From Candidatus Levyibacteriota bacterium (GTDB lineage: Bacteria > Patescibacteriota > Microgenomatia > Levybacterales > UBA12049), in assembly GCA_016432345.1 (NCBI GenBank), contig CP066685.1:240236-304235 (forward strand): 64,000 bases of DNA, written 5' to 3'. Under the pieces are notes generated by a model, which saw only the letters and a program-made list of their open reading frames with translations, searched no databases and had not been told where the DNA came from. Positions 48,628-58,221 of this stretch are shown here, piece by piece. The position numbers were made by a program, and so were the translations under genes. The number at the start of each line of letters is the position of its first letter. Position 1 is the first letter of the stretch.

Positions 48628-49883
48628 TAAAAAGACTTTTAAGATTTATTGGACCTGGTTTTATTACCGGGGCATCCGATGATGACCCGTCGGGAATTGC
48701 TACCTATTCCCAAACAGGCGCCCAGTTTGGATATGGACAATTGTGGACAGCGCTTTTTTCGTTTCCCCTTATGGTAGCTGTACAGGAAATGTCGGGGCGG
48801 ATCGGTTTGATTACGGGTAAAGGATTGGCTGGTGTTATCAAAGAGCACTATTCAAAAAAAATTTTGTATCCTGCAGTATTGCTTCTTTTTGTGGCTAACA
48901 CTATTAATATAGGCGCAGATTTGGGGGCTATGGCGGCTGTGGCGCAGCTGGTGTTTGGCTTGCCTTTTATTGTGTGGCTGATCGGCATGGTTATTACTAC
49001 ACTGGTTTTGGAAATTTTTGTTTCGTACAAACTTTATGCTAAATATCTTAAATACTTAACTTTCTCTCTTTTTTCTTACGTTATAACTGCATTTATTGTA
49101 AAAATAAATTGGCAAGAGGTATTGACTGCAAGTATTATTCCTTCATTTTCTTTTCATAAAGAATATCTTTTTAACATTGTGGCAATTTTTGGTACAACAA
49201 TTTCGCCTTATCTTTTTTTCTGGCAAGCTTCAGAAGAAGTGGAAGAAGAAGTGGCGCATCATCGAATTCGCAGAATGGGAGCAGGGCAGCCAAAAGTAAC
49301 ACCAAAAGATATTTCGCGCCTTAATATAGATACTATTGTTGGGATGTTTTTCTCTAATCTTGTTATGTGGTTTATTGTTGTTACAACCGGCGCAACCTTA
49401 TTTACTCACGGCATACGAGATATAAAGACTGCCCAAGACGCGGCGTTGGCGCTAAGACCTTTGGCTGGAGATTTTGCATTTGGACTTTTCGCCCTGGGAA
49501 TTATTGGTACAGGTTTTTTGGCAGTGCCAGTTTTAGCTGGTTCGGCATCGTATGCAATTTCTGAAAGCTTTGGTTGGAAAGCAGGATTGTATCAAAAGCT
49601 TAAATCTGCGCATGGATTTTATGGGGCGATAACGATTGCAACATTGATTGGAATTCTTATCAATTTTATAGGCATAGATCCAATGAGCGCGTTATACTAC
49701 ACAGCAGTAATCAATGGGTTTATTGCCCCGCCGCTTTTGATTATTATTCTGCTTATTGCCAATAACAAAGCAATCTTAAAAGACCAAGTAAATGGGAAAT
49801 TGCTTAATATCTTAGGTATTGCAACTGTTGTTATTATGATTATTGCTGCTGTTTTGCTGGCTGCATCATTATGGAAGAATTAA
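48624..49883 (+). CDS. NRAMP-family divalent metal cation transporter
   Basis: [29 protein letters not shown]-terminal motif and 11 TM helices. Confidence 0.8.
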   Translation: MIKRLLRFIGPGFITGASDDDPSGIATYSQTGAQFGYGQLWTALFSFPLMVAVQEMSGRIGLITGKGLAGVIKEHYSKKILYPAVLLLFVANTINIGADLGAMAAVAQLVFGLPFIVWLIGMVITTLVLEIFVSYKLYAKYLKYLTFSLFSYVITAFIVKINWQEVLTASIIPSFSFHKEYLFNIVAIFGTTISPYLFFWQASEEVEEEVAHHRIRRMGAGQPKVTPKDISRLNIDTIVGMFFSNLVMWFIVVTTGATLFTHGIRDIKTAQDAALALRPLAGDFAFGLFALGIIGTGFLAVPVLAGSASYAISESFGWKAGLYQKLKSAHGFYGAITIATLIGILINFIGIDPMSALYYTAVINGFIAPPLLIIILLIANNKAILKDQVNGKLLNILGIATVVIMIIAAVLLAASLWKN

Positions 49884-50884
49884 AAGAAAAAACTCAAAAA
49901 TTTTTAGAAAAAATTGATGTGGAAGAAAAAAGAAAGCAAATTCGTCAATTAGAGGCAGAAAGTACTCAAGTAGCATTTTGGCAAGACCACAAAAGCGCAG
50001 CTCAAAAAATGAAACTGTTGTCTGATTTACAAAAAGAGGTTGAAGAATTAGATTGGCTTTCTGAACTTATTAATAATGGTGAGTATGGAGAAGCAGAAAA
50101 AATACTTAAAAAATTAGAAACTATGTTATATTTTTGCGGTTCATACGATAAAGGCGCTGCGATTTTGTCAATTCATTCAGGTCAAGGCGGAGTTGAGGCA
50201 ATGGACTGGGCGCAAATGCTGTACAGAATGTACACCAGGTTTTGCGAAAAAAAAGGTTGGGCATATGAAATTATCGAAGAAACACCAGGGGACGAAGCGG
50301 GTTTAAAAAGTATTACTATTTCAGTTGATGGAAAATACGCATACGGTAATCTTAAATATGAGGCAGGCGTTCACAGGCTGGTTCGACAATCGCCCTTTAA
50401 TGCAGATAAGTTGCGACAAACCTCCTTTGCTTTAATTGAGGTACTGCCGCAAATAGAAGATGATAAAGAAATTGTGGTAAAAGATGACGATTTGGAATGG
50501 GAATTCTATCGAAGCGGCGGCCACGGCGGGCAGAATGTTAATAAAGTTTCAACTGCTGTTAGGCTTAAACACAAGCCAACAGGAATTATTGTAACAGCGC
50601 AATCAGAGCGATATCAGGGGCAAAACAGAGAGAATGCTCTAAAAATTTTACGGGCGAAATTGTGGCTCTTTGAAGAAGAGGAAAGAAAAAAAGAGGAGCA
50701 AAAATTAAAAGGAGGATACAAAACTCCTGGTTGGGGAAACCAGATTCGTTCTTACGTTTTGCATCCATACCATATGGTAAAGGATTTACGTACAAATTTT
50801 GAGACGGCAAATACAGAAGCAGTCTTAAATGGAGAATTAGAGGGATTTATAGAAGATGAATTAAGAGGGTTGTCAAATGTTTAA
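49871..50884 (+). CDS. prfB: Peptide chain release factor 2 (single ORF, no programmed frameshift)
   Basis: SPF tripeptide (RQSPFNA) and GGQ ([11 protein letters not shown]). Contiguous frame from the ATG. Confidence 0.9.
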   Translation: MEELKEKTQKFLEKIDVEEKRKQIRQLEAESTQVAFWQDHKSAAQKMKLLSDLQKEVEELDWLSELINNGEYGEAEKILKKLETMLYFCGSYDKGAAILSIHSGQGGVEAMDWAQMLYRMYTRFCEKKGWAYEIIEETPGDEAGLKSITISVDGKYAYGNLKYEAGVHRLVRQSPFNADKLRQTSFALIEVLPQIEDDKEIVVKDDDLEWEFYRSGGHGGQNVNKVSTAVRLKHKPTGIIVTAQSERYQGQNRENALKILRAKLWLFEEEERKKEEQKLKGGYKTPGWGNQIRSYVLHPYHMVKDLRTNFETANTEAVLNGELEGFIEDELRGLSNV

Positions 50885-50915
50885 AAATGTGATTTACTAG
50901 AGAAGGAGGATTATC

Positions 50916-51383
50916 ATGGAGAAGATGGAGAAAAAGGAAAATCAAGAAGTGCTCCATGAATTTAATAAAGACGTTAAAATTTCTATGTTTTCAACAAAAT
51001 TTCTTGCGATTGTTGGCGTAGCTATTATATTTGGTTTGGGCAGCGGCTATTTGTTAGCTTCGTACGATACTGGCAGTATGGTTTCTAAAATAAATGGCAC
51101 TACTGGCGAGTCGTCAGTTTCTAAAGGAACAATTGTTGGCTCAAGTGATACAAAAACTTTTAAAGATACCGCAGAGGGAGTGCTTGAAGAAGGCGGAATT
51201 GAAGACGAGGGGCAATATCATCTGGTTAGACCAGGCGGAGATAGCCAAAATGTGTATTTAACATCATCAATTGTTGATCTGTCTGTTTTTGTTAAGAAAA
51301 AGGTAAAAGTGTGGGGAGAGACAAATGCTGCAAAAAGAGCTGGTTGGCTCATGGACGTGGGTCGGGTAGAAGTATTAGAATAA
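50916..51383 (+). CDS. Hypothetical membrane-anchored protein
   Basis: GAAGGAGGA SD upstream, one TM segment, and a beta-rich C-terminus. Confidence 0.5.
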   Translation: MEKMEKKENQEVLHEFNKDVKISMFSTKFLAIVGVAIIFGLGSGYLLASYDTGSMVSKINGTTGESSVSKGTIVGSSDTKTFKDTAEGVLEEGGIEDEGQYHLVRPGGDSQNVYLTSSIVDLSVFVKKKVKVWGETNAAKRAGWLMDVGRVEVLE

Positions 51384-51389
51384 TTCCTC

Positions 51390-52073
51390 ATGATAAAACT
51401 TGATAAAGTTTCCAAGACTTTTATGCTTGGCACATCTAGCTTAACAGATATAACTCTGACTATTGAGAAAGGAGAATTTGTTTTTGTGGTTGGCCCAACA
51501 GGAAGCGGTAAAACAACACTTTTTAGACTTTTAATTAGGGATATGTTTCCGACAAAAGGCACCATAGTTGTGGGAGAATTTGATGTTACCAAATTATCCA
51601 GCCGCAAGGTTCCACATCTTCGAAAAAAAATCGGCGTGGTATTTCAGGATTTAAAACTGCTAATGGATCGGACAATTTTTGAAAATGTTATGTTACCATT
51701 GGAAGTGTCTGGTATAAAACCAGAAGAAGCAAAAAAAAGAGTTGAAGACGTATTAAAACATGTTGGAATTTTGGAGCAATATAATAAATTTCCCATACAG
51801 CTTTCTGGAGGAGAGCGACAACGGGCGGCAATAGCCAGGGCGCTAGTTTTTTCGCCAGATATTCTTTTGGCAGATGAGCCAACTGGTAATTTAGATCCAA
51901 AGACGGGTCAGGAGATTGTAAAAATTTTGCAGGGAATAAATGAGAAAGGAACAACTGTAATTATGGCCACACATAATGTGGATATTGTAAATAATTTGGG
52001 AAAAAGAGTAGTGGCGTTAGATAAAGGAAAATTGATTCGCGATCAGAAAAAAGGAAAATATGCGACATCTTAA
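51390..52073 (+). CDS. ftsE: Cell division ATP-binding protein FtsE
   Basis: Walker A GPTGSGKTT, signature LSGGERQR, Walker B LLADEPT. Adjacent to ftsX. Confidence 0.9.
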   Translation: MIKLDKVSKTFMLGTSSLTDITLTIEKGEFVFVVGPTGSGKTTLFRLLIRDMFPTKGTIVVGEFDVTKLSSRKVPHLRKKIGVVFQDLKLLMDRTIFENVMLPLEVSGIKPEEAKKRVEDVLKHVGILEQYNKFPIQLSGGERQRAAIARALVFSPDILLADEPTGNLDPKTGQEIVKILQGINEKGTTVIMATHNVDIVNNLGKRVVALDKGKLIRDQKKGKYATS

Positions 52074-52926
52074 AACAGCCTGGCGACATATTAGGCGTTC
52101 TCCCTACCAAGCGTTTGCCGCTGTTTTTATTATGGCCCAAACCTTTTTTGTGTTAACTTTTTTTGCCTTTTTAATATTTGCTTCATCTCGAATTATCGCC
52201 TATTTTGAGTCAGTCCCACAAGTAACAGCCTTTTTTAAGGAAGAGGCAAAACAGGAAGATATAGATACTCTTTCGCAAAAAGTAAAAGAGACGGGTAAAA
52301 TTGCAAAGCTGGAATTTGTGTCCAAAGAAGAAGCGCTCAAGATTTATAAAGAACAAAATAAAGATGATCCATTGCTTTTAGAGCTTGTTACGGCAGAAAT
52401 TTTGCCTGCGGCGCTAAAGGTTTCTGCCATAAAAATAGATGATCTAACGCAAATATCAGAAATGCTTAGTGGTTCGATAATTGTTGAGCGGGTTATTTTT
52501 CAAAAAGATGTTGTGCAAAATCTGGCGGTGTGGACAAATGCCTTGCGTAAAATTGGAATAGCATTAAGTGCTATTTTAGCCTTGGATGCGATATTTCTGA
52601 TGGTAATTATTATTGGTATTAAAATATCTCAGAAAAAAGACGAAATCGAAATTGTTCGGCTTATTGGAGCAACAGGATGGTATGTAAGGTGGCCGTTTAT
52701 TTACGAAGGTGTATTTTATGGAGTAAGTGGAGCATTTTTGGGGTGGCTTTTGGCCTTAGGGCTTTTTTGGTACGCTACACCATTTTTGTCGTCTTTCTTA
52801 AAGGGAATTCCGCTTTTTCCAATTCCGATTATTTTTTTCTTCCAGCTTCTAGGGATTGAGCTTTTAATCGCGATATTTTTAGGAATAGTTTCAAGTTTTT
52901 TAAGCGTACTTAGATATCTTAAATAA
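52060..52926 (+). CDS. ftsX: Cell division permease FtsX
   Basis: A TM segment, a periplasmic ECD (FVSKEEALKIYKEQ), and three C-terminal TM segments. Overlaps ftsE. Confidence 0.88.
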   Translation: MRHLKTAWRHIRRSPYQAFAAVFIMAQTFFVLTFFAFLIFASSRIIAYFESVPQVTAFFKEEAKQEDIDTLSQKVKETGKIAKLEFVSKEEALKIYKEQNKDDPLLLELVTAEILPAALKVSAIKIDDLTQISEMLSGSIIVERVIFQKDVVQNLAVWTNALRKIGIALSAILALDAIFLMVIIIGIKISQKKDEIEIVRLIGATGWYVRWPFIYEGVFYGVSGAFLGWLLALGLFWYATPFLSSFLKGIPLFPIPIIFFFQLLGIELLIAIFLGIVSSFLSVLRYLK

Positions 52927-52933
52927 GAATTAG

Positions 52934-52954
52934 GAATAATGAATTATGAATTAT
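52934..52954 (+). repeat. Heptamer repeat GAATAAT-GAATTAT-GAATTAT spanning the start-codon region
   Basis: Gives three ATGs 7 nt apart (52939, 52946, 52953), each in a different frame. Only 52953 opens the long ORF. Confidence 0.8.
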
Positions 52955-54209
52955 GGGAATGTGCAAAAAAATAGTCAAATTTTTAATCGTTTTTTTGATC
53001 TTCTTTTCTTTTAACGGAGTTTCTTTTGCGGTCGATGAAACTTCAACGCCTACTCCGTCAGTAACAATTACGCCAGTTCCAGATACCAGCAAAGAGCAAC
53101 AAGATTTACAAAATAAAATAAATGAACTGCAGGGGAAAGTTAAAGATTTACAAGGTCAGGAGCGCACGCTTTCTTCTCAAATTAACGTGATGGATAATCA
53201 GATTAAGTTGACCGAACTTCGTATTAACTCGACAAAACAGCAAATAGTTAGTATTTCTGGCGATATCCAAACAGCCAATAAAAAAATTGATTCGCTGGAA
53301 CAGGCGCTTAGGAAATTAACGAAGGTTCTTATCAATAGAATCGTTGTTACATATGAAGTTGGGAGTATTCAACCTTTTCATATACTTTTGGCCTCGGATA
53401 ACGCCCAAGATTTTTTATCGAGACTTAGTTATTTAAAAGTCGCGCAGGAAAACGACAAAAAACTTATTTTCGCCACCCAACAGGCCAAAAACGACTACGT
53501 AACCCAAAAACAGATTTTTGAAGATAAAAAGAAAAAAGTAGAAGCGTTAAAAACGCAGTTAGAAGCATATACCAAACAATTAAGTGTTGACAAGCAAAAT
53601 AGACAGAGATTATTAACAGAAACACAGGGAGACGAAGCAAATTATCAAAAATTACTTGCTCAAGCAGAGGCCCAACTTGCTGCTTTTTCTAACTTTGCCG
53701 CTGCTCGGGGAGGAGCAAGTATTTTAAATAACCAAACTGTTTGTGATGACTGGGGATGTTATTACAATCAACGAGATAGTCAATGGGGCAATAATTCACT
53801 TAATAATACCAAATATACTATTGCGAGTGATGGTTGTTTGGTAACTGCGATGGCAATGGTCTATACCCATTATGGCCATCGGGGTGTTACACCCTTAACC
53901 ATTAACAGCCGATCGGAAAATTTTGCTTCTTATTACCCTGCCTATTTGAGCAAAACTATTATGGCAGATGGAGCAATAAGTAGCAGAGTAAACGCGACTA
54001 TTGATAGCATACTTTCTTCGGGGCATCCGGTGGTTGTTGGAGTTTCCTATGATGGCGGGCCAATTCCAGACCATTTTGTTGTTATAATAAGCGGATCAAA
54101 TGGAAATTATAAAATGAATGATCCATTTACTCCAAATGGTCATAACATAGATTTTTCTAGTTATTATTCGGTTGGTGGTATTCGAGAAATAGCTAAAGTT
54201 GTTTTTTAA
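52953..54209 (+). CDS. Secreted coiled-coil protein with a C-terminal papain-like (C39-like) cysteine peptidase domain; candidate FtsEX-controlled cell-wall hydrolase
   Basis: Signal peptide and an EnvC/PcsB/CwlO-like coiled coil (QINVMDNQIKLTELRIN...FLSRLSYLKVAQEND). C-terminal SDGCLVTAMAMVYTHYGH...HFVVI supplies Cys/His candidates. Confidence 0.6.
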   Translation: MGMCKKIVKFLIVFLIFFSFNGVSFAVDETSTPTPSVTITPVPDTSKEQQDLQNKINELQGKVKDLQGQERTLSSQINVMDNQIKLTELRINSTKQQIVSISGDIQTANKKIDSLEQALRKLTKVLINRIVVTYEVGSIQPFHILLASDNAQDFLSRLSYLKVAQENDKKLIFATQQAKNDYVTQKQIFEDKKKKVEALKTQLEAYTKQLSVDKQNRQRLLTETQGDEANYQKLLAQAEAQLAAFSNFAAARGGASILNNQTVCDDWGCYYNQRDSQWGNNSLNNTKYTIASDGCLVTAMAMVYTHYGHRGVTPLTINSRSENFASYYPAYLSKTIMADGAISSRVNATIDSILSSGHPVVVGVSYDGGPIPDHFVVIISGSNGNYKMNDPFTPNGHNIDFSSYYSVGGIREIAKVVF

Positions 54210-54214
54210 ACAGC

Positions 54215-55051
54215 ATGTCTGTACCAAGAATTGTTTGGGGCATTTTTTCTGTATTGCTCTTTTTTGTTTTTTATTTTCTTTTTCCGCAAAAAACTTTTGC
54301 CGCATTTTCATTAAGTATTTCAAGTATTAATCCGGATACTGTTTCTAGTAGTGGTCAAGAGGTAACAGTAAATATAAGTATAAATGATTTGCCTAGTGAG
54401 TCTTATTTTCGTGTTGCTTGGCAGAAATCATCGGGTGAGACCTATTTTGGATATATGTTGAATAACAATAATGATTGGGTAAAAGTTGAATCTAGCCAGG
54501 ATTGTAAAAATTACTATAAAATTTCGGATTTAACTACGACGTCTTTAACAATAAAAACAAAAATTGGCGAAGAAAATACAGTCAATAACAGATCATATCT
54601 TTTAAAAGCTAGACGATATACGACTAGTTGTTCTTCATATTATACAGATAGTGATCCGGTTTCAATACAAGTAAATTTTTCTACTTTAACTGCGACACCG
54701 ACACAAGTTCCATTTCCTACTCAAATAAAAACACCTACTCCTATTCCAACAAACAAATCAACCCCAACCTCAAAAGCAACACAAACGCCTACATTTACTT
54801 TTACTCTCACGCCAACAACAAAAGTTGTTGTCCCAACAATAGAGGGAATTGATATTGGTCCAACGTCTATTTTGGGTGAAATGGTTACGGCAGCGCCGTC
54901 GGCAATGCCAACGGAAGCTATACAGAAAGAAGAAGGGCCGTTTTTTGATTTTCCAAAAATTGCCATCGGACTTGGTTTTGTGTTTCTTTCAACGTCTGGT
55001 ATACTAGCGTTTCGAAGTTACAAAAAGAGTCAAGGAGATGATTACAGGTAG
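54215..55051 (+). CDS. Hypothetical surface protein (signal peptide, T/P-rich linker, C-terminal TM anchor)
   Basis: N-terminal signal, the TPTPIPTNKSTPTSKATQTPTFTFTLTPT linker, and the C-terminal IAIGLGFVFLSTSGILAF...KK anchor. Confidence 0.55.
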   Translation: MSVPRIVWGIFSVLLFFVFYFLFPQKTFAAFSLSISSINPDTVSSSGQEVTVNISINDLPSESYFRVAWQKSSGETYFGYMLNNNNDWVKVESSQDCKNYYKISDLTTTSLTIKTKIGEENTVNNRSYLLKARRYTTSCSSYYTDSDPVSIQVNFSTLTATPTQVPFPTQIKTPTPIPTNKSTPTSKATQTPTFTFTLTPTTKVVVPTIEGIDIGPTSILGEMVTAAPSAMPTEAIQKEEGPFFDFPKIAIGLGFVFLSTSGILAFRSYKKSQGDDYR

Positions 55052-55475
55052 CTATAAAAAAACCCAAAGTCTTGGGGAAGAATTTGTTAAAAGGTCGCAC
55101 CTGGTACAAGGTGCGACCTTAACAGCAAAGGTTGTTGCATTGCATGGGGATTTGGGTGGCGGGAAAACAACATTTACCCAGGGAATCGCAAAGGGATTAG
55201 GAATAAAAAGACGAATTATATCGCCGACGTTTGTCGTTGTTAGAACTTATAAAATAAAATTTAAGAAATTTTATCACATTGATTTATATAGAATTCAAAG
55301 TCTAAAAGATATTGAGGGATTGGGAATTGAGGAGATTTTAGAAAATCCAGAAAATATTGTGGTTATTGAATGGGCAGAAAGGCTTGGGGATTTATTACCA
55401 AAAAAAAGAACAGATGTTTATTTTGAATATCTAGATAAAAATAAGCGTAGAATTACTTATGATTTCAAATATTGA
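55038..55475 (+). CDS. tsaE: tRNA threonylcarbamoyladenosine biosynthesis ATPase TsaE (carries an 11-aa insert from the palindromic element)
   Basis: P-loop GDLGGGKTTFTQGIAKGLG, PTFVVVRTY, and HIDLYR. Confidence 0.85.
   Translation: MITGSYKKTQSLGEEFVKRSHLVQGATLTAKVVALHGDLGGGKTTFTQGIAKGLGIKRRIISPTFVVVRTYKIKFKKFYHIDLYRIQSLKDIEGLGIEEILENPENIVVIEWAERLGDLLPKKRTDVYFEYLDKNKRRITYDFKY
55091..55123 (+). repeat. Palindromic element copy C (33 nt, in-frame in tsaE)
   Basis: AAGGTCGCACCTGGTACAAGGTGCGACCTTAAC, translated as RSHLVQGATLT, just upstream of the P-loop. Confidence 0.9.
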
Positions 55476-56034
55476 GAAAGCAATTAAAATATTAAAAGAG
55501 GGGGGGATTGTAATTTTTCCCACAGACACTGCTTTTGGTATTGGCTGTCGAGTAGACAATAAAGAATCGGTGCGAAGGTTATTCAAAATTAGAAAGCGGC
55601 CCCAAACTCAAGCAATGTCTATTTTAATTGATACAATTACAATGGCAAAAAAGTATGTTTTGAAAATTCCACAGGATGTTATAGATAAACTTATCGAGCC
55701 GTATTGGCCTGGCGCATTAACAATTGTTTTATCGGCAAATATGAAATCGGTTTCATCGTTAGTTAGGGGTGGAGGAGAAACAGTTGGGGTAAGAATTCCA
55801 AACCACGCAATTGCCAGAAAACTTATTCGTGGTGTGGGTGTTGGTATTTTGGGTCCCTCGGCAAATTTCCATGATGAACAAACACCTTATCGGTATGAGG
55901 ATTTAAATCCAAAACTCATAAAATTAGTTGATTATGTTATTCCAGGCGAATGTTTGGTTGGCAAGGCGTCCACTGTTATTGATTGTTCAGAAAAACCGTG
56001 GGCAGTGGTTAGAGAGGGAGCAATCAAATTATGA
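55459..56034 (+). CDS. tsaC: L-threonylcarbamoyladenylate synthase (YrdC/TsaC type)
   Basis: GGIVIFPTDTAFGIGC, the PGALTIVL motif, and a single YrdC domain of about 190 aa. Confidence 0.88.
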   Translation: MISNIEKAIKILKEGGIVIFPTDTAFGIGCRVDNKESVRRLFKIRKRPQTQAMSILIDTITMAKKYVLKIPQDVIDKLIEPYWPGALTIVLSANMKSVSSLVRGGGETVGVRIPNHAIARKLIRGVGVGILGPSANFHDEQTPYRYEDLNPKLIKLVDYVIPGECLVGKASTVIDCSEKPWAVVREGAIKL

Positions 56035-56342
56035 CTACTTTAATAATAGATACTTCAAGTAATGAGTATATTTATGTTGGATTATCCATTGATGGGAAAA
56101 CAGATAATATCAAACAAAAAATTGATGCAAGAAAGGCTCAGGTGGTGCTTCCACTTATTGACAAGCTTTTAGACAAGCATCAATTGAAGCCAACGGACAT
56201 TAGTTCTATAGAAGTTAATGTTGGTCCTGGGTCTTTTACCGGCCTTCGAGTAGGGATGGTTATAGCAAATGCGTTAGCTTATTCACTAAAAATTTCGGTA
56301 AATAATAAACCAGTTGGAGAATTTATTGAACCCACTTATTAA
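56031..56342 (+). CDS. tsaB: TsaB-like protein, N-terminal domain only (103 aa)
   Basis: LIIDTSSNEYIYVGL...VNVGPGSFTGLRVGMVIANALAYSL. The ORF ends after the first ASKHA half-domain. Confidence 0.7.
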   Translation: MTTLIIDTSSNEYIYVGLSIDGKTDNIKQKIDARKAQVVLPLIDKLLDKHQLKPTDISSIEVNVGPGSFTGLRVGMVIANALAYSLKISVNNKPVGEFIEPTY

Positions 56343-56360
56343 TATTGTTATACTGGTTGT

Positions 56361-57212
56361 ATGTTTCTAAAATTTCTACATCATTTTTTTCTTCCTCATG
56401 AGTCTAATAATCACCGGCCTAAAGTTCTTCATCACACATCGCTGATGTTTTTTATTTTTGTTTTTCTGGTTGGACAAATAATGATGGGATCGGCAAAAGC
56501 AAATTTTGGAGATGTTTTGGGAGCAAAGATCGATGTCTCTGTAGAGCGGCTTTTGCAGTTAACAAATGACGAAAGACAGAATAAAGGCTTAAGATCGCTT
56601 CTTCTAAATGATAAATTGTCCAAAGCCGCTTTTTTAAAAGGTACATATATGCTTCAGAAAAATTATTGGGCTCATAATGCGCCTGATGGGACAACGCCAT
56701 GGGTTTTTATTAGACAGACAAAGTATGACTATGTTTATGCTGGAGAAAACTTAGCGCGGGGATTTACAAATTCTTCTGATGTTGTTAAGGCATGGATGGA
56801 AAGTCCAACACATAGAGATAATATGCTTTCCACAAATTATAAAGACATTGGTTTTTCGGTGTTAGAAGGAAAACTGTTAGGAGAGGATACCACATTAGTT
56901 GTTGAGATGTTTGGCAGTACAGAACCTATGGTGCTTGGAAGCCAACCTGAAAAGACTATTCCGAGTAAAGAGGTTCTTCCTCAAATTGCTTTAGAAAAAG
57001 TAATAAATACGCCAGTTTTTGATATTTCATTAGTCTCGCGATATGTGGGGATAGCCACACTAGCCCTATTTATTTTTATTTTTGTTATTGACCTAATTAT
57101 CATAGAAAGAAGAAAAATCGTGAGGCTTGTTGGACATAATTTAGATCATATAACATTTCTTTTTATGATATTGTTATTTATTATTCTTTTTAATCGCGGA
57201 TCAATTTTATGA
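56361..57212 (+). CDS. CAP/SCP (YkwD-like) domain protein with TM anchors
   Basis: ERQNKGLRSLLLNDKLSKAA...YWAHNAPDG...AGENLARGF...AWMESPTHRDNML. Confidence 0.8.
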   Translation: MFLKFLHHFFLPHESNNHRPKVLHHTSLMFFIFVFLVGQIMMGSAKANFGDVLGAKIDVSVERLLQLTNDERQNKGLRSLLLNDKLSKAAFLKGTYMLQKNYWAHNAPDGTTPWVFIRQTKYDYVYAGENLARGFTNSSDVVKAWMESPTHRDNMLSTNYKDIGFSVLEGKLLGEDTTLVVEMFGSTEPMVLGSQPEKTIPSKEVLPQIALEKVINTPVFDISLVSRYVGIATLALFIFIFVIDLIIIERRKIVRLVGHNLDHITFLFMILLFIILFNRGSIL

Positions 57213-57475
57213 TAAAAAATAAGATTAAAGAACACATTTTTTATTATTTTTCTTTGTTATCTGTTGTTATTTTAGGTGTGTTTTTAACACTGCAATTTCC
57301 TGGAAACAAGCAGATTCAGATGATGACAATTGTTATTACAACTTTCTTTTATGTTGGTTTTGGAATAGTACATCATAGGGAAAATCACAACTTAAGCGCA
57401 AAAATTGTGGTAGAATATATGTTAATTGGGGCTTTAGGAATGACTATTGCTTCATTTTTTTTACTTGGGTCATAG
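57209..57475 (+). CDS. Hypothetical small membrane protein
   Basis: Three hydrophobic helices and an ATGA overlap with the upstream gene. Confidence 0.5.
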   Translation: MIKNKIKEHIFYYFSLLSVVILGVFLTLQFPGNKQIQMMTIVITTFFYVGFGIVHHRENHNLSAKIVVEYMLIGALGMTIASFFLLGS

Positions 57476-57480
57476 AGTTT

Positions 57481-58221
57481 ATGAAAGGAATAATTTTAGC
57501 AGGAGGATTAGCAACAAGGTTGCGGCCTTTGACATGGGTAACGAATAAACATTTATTGCCAATTTATAACAAACCCATGATTTTTTTTCCGCTTACTGCA
57601 ATGGCTAAGGCAGGTGTTAAAGATGTTCTTATTACAAGCTCGTCAGATCACGCTGGGCATTTTGCTGCACTTCTAAAGCATGGAGAGGATTTTGGTTTGA
57701 ATCTTGAGTTTGTTGTGCAAGAAAATCCAAAAGGAGGGATTTCGGACGCAATAAGGCTTGGAGAGAGTTTTGCGAAAAATCAACCCATCTTAGTTATTTT
57801 AGGAGATAATATTTTTACGTTCAATTTAAAAAATAGCATTGACCGGTTTTTACAAAGAGGAAAAGGAGCGGTTGTTTTTGGAGTAAAAATGGCAACAGAA
57901 TCAAAGCAATATGGAGTGATTGAAGTAGATATGGAAGGCAAGGTAAAATCTATAGAGGAAAAGCCTGAGAATCCGAAATCCGATATTGCGCAAGCTGGTA
58001 TTTATTTATATGATAATTGCGTATTTGATTATATTAAAAACCTTGTTCCATCTGCCAGAGGAGAACTTGAAGTAACTGATCTTAATAATCAGTACGTCAA
58101 GGAAGGCACAATGTATTGCGAAATGCTTGATTGGTGGGTAGATGCCGGGACATCGTTTGACGAATTGCTTAGGGCTAATAATCTAGTTGCTGAAAAGGTA
58201 AAAAAAGGAGAAATTATATGA
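57481..58221 (+). CDS. Sugar-phosphate nucleotidyltransferase (glucose-1-phosphate thymidylyltransferase-like, short form)
   Basis: MKGIILAGGLATRLRPLT and LGDNIF motifs. Adjacent to dTDP-glucose dehydratase. Confidence 0.8.
   Translation: MKGIILAGGLATRLRPLTWVTNKHLLPIYNKPMIFFPLTAMAKAGVKDVLITSSSDHAGHFAALLKHGEDFGLNLEFVVQENPKGGISDAIRLGESFAKNQPILVILGDNIFTFNLKNSIDRFLQRGKGAVVFGVKMATESKQYGVIEVDMEGKVKSIEEKPENPKSDIAQAGIYLYDNCVFDYIKNLVPSARGELEVTDLNNQYVKEGTMYCEMLDWWVDAGTSFDELLRANNLVAEKVKKGEII

Noticed and set aside
49871-49960. Programmed +1 frameshift site in prfB
   Set aside because: The RF2 ORF is contiguous from its ATG through the region that aligns with the post-frameshift part of E. coli RF2. 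No in-frame TGA or CTT-TGA-C motif is seen. Presence of RF2, and use of TGA as a stop in several genes, also argues against UGA recoding.
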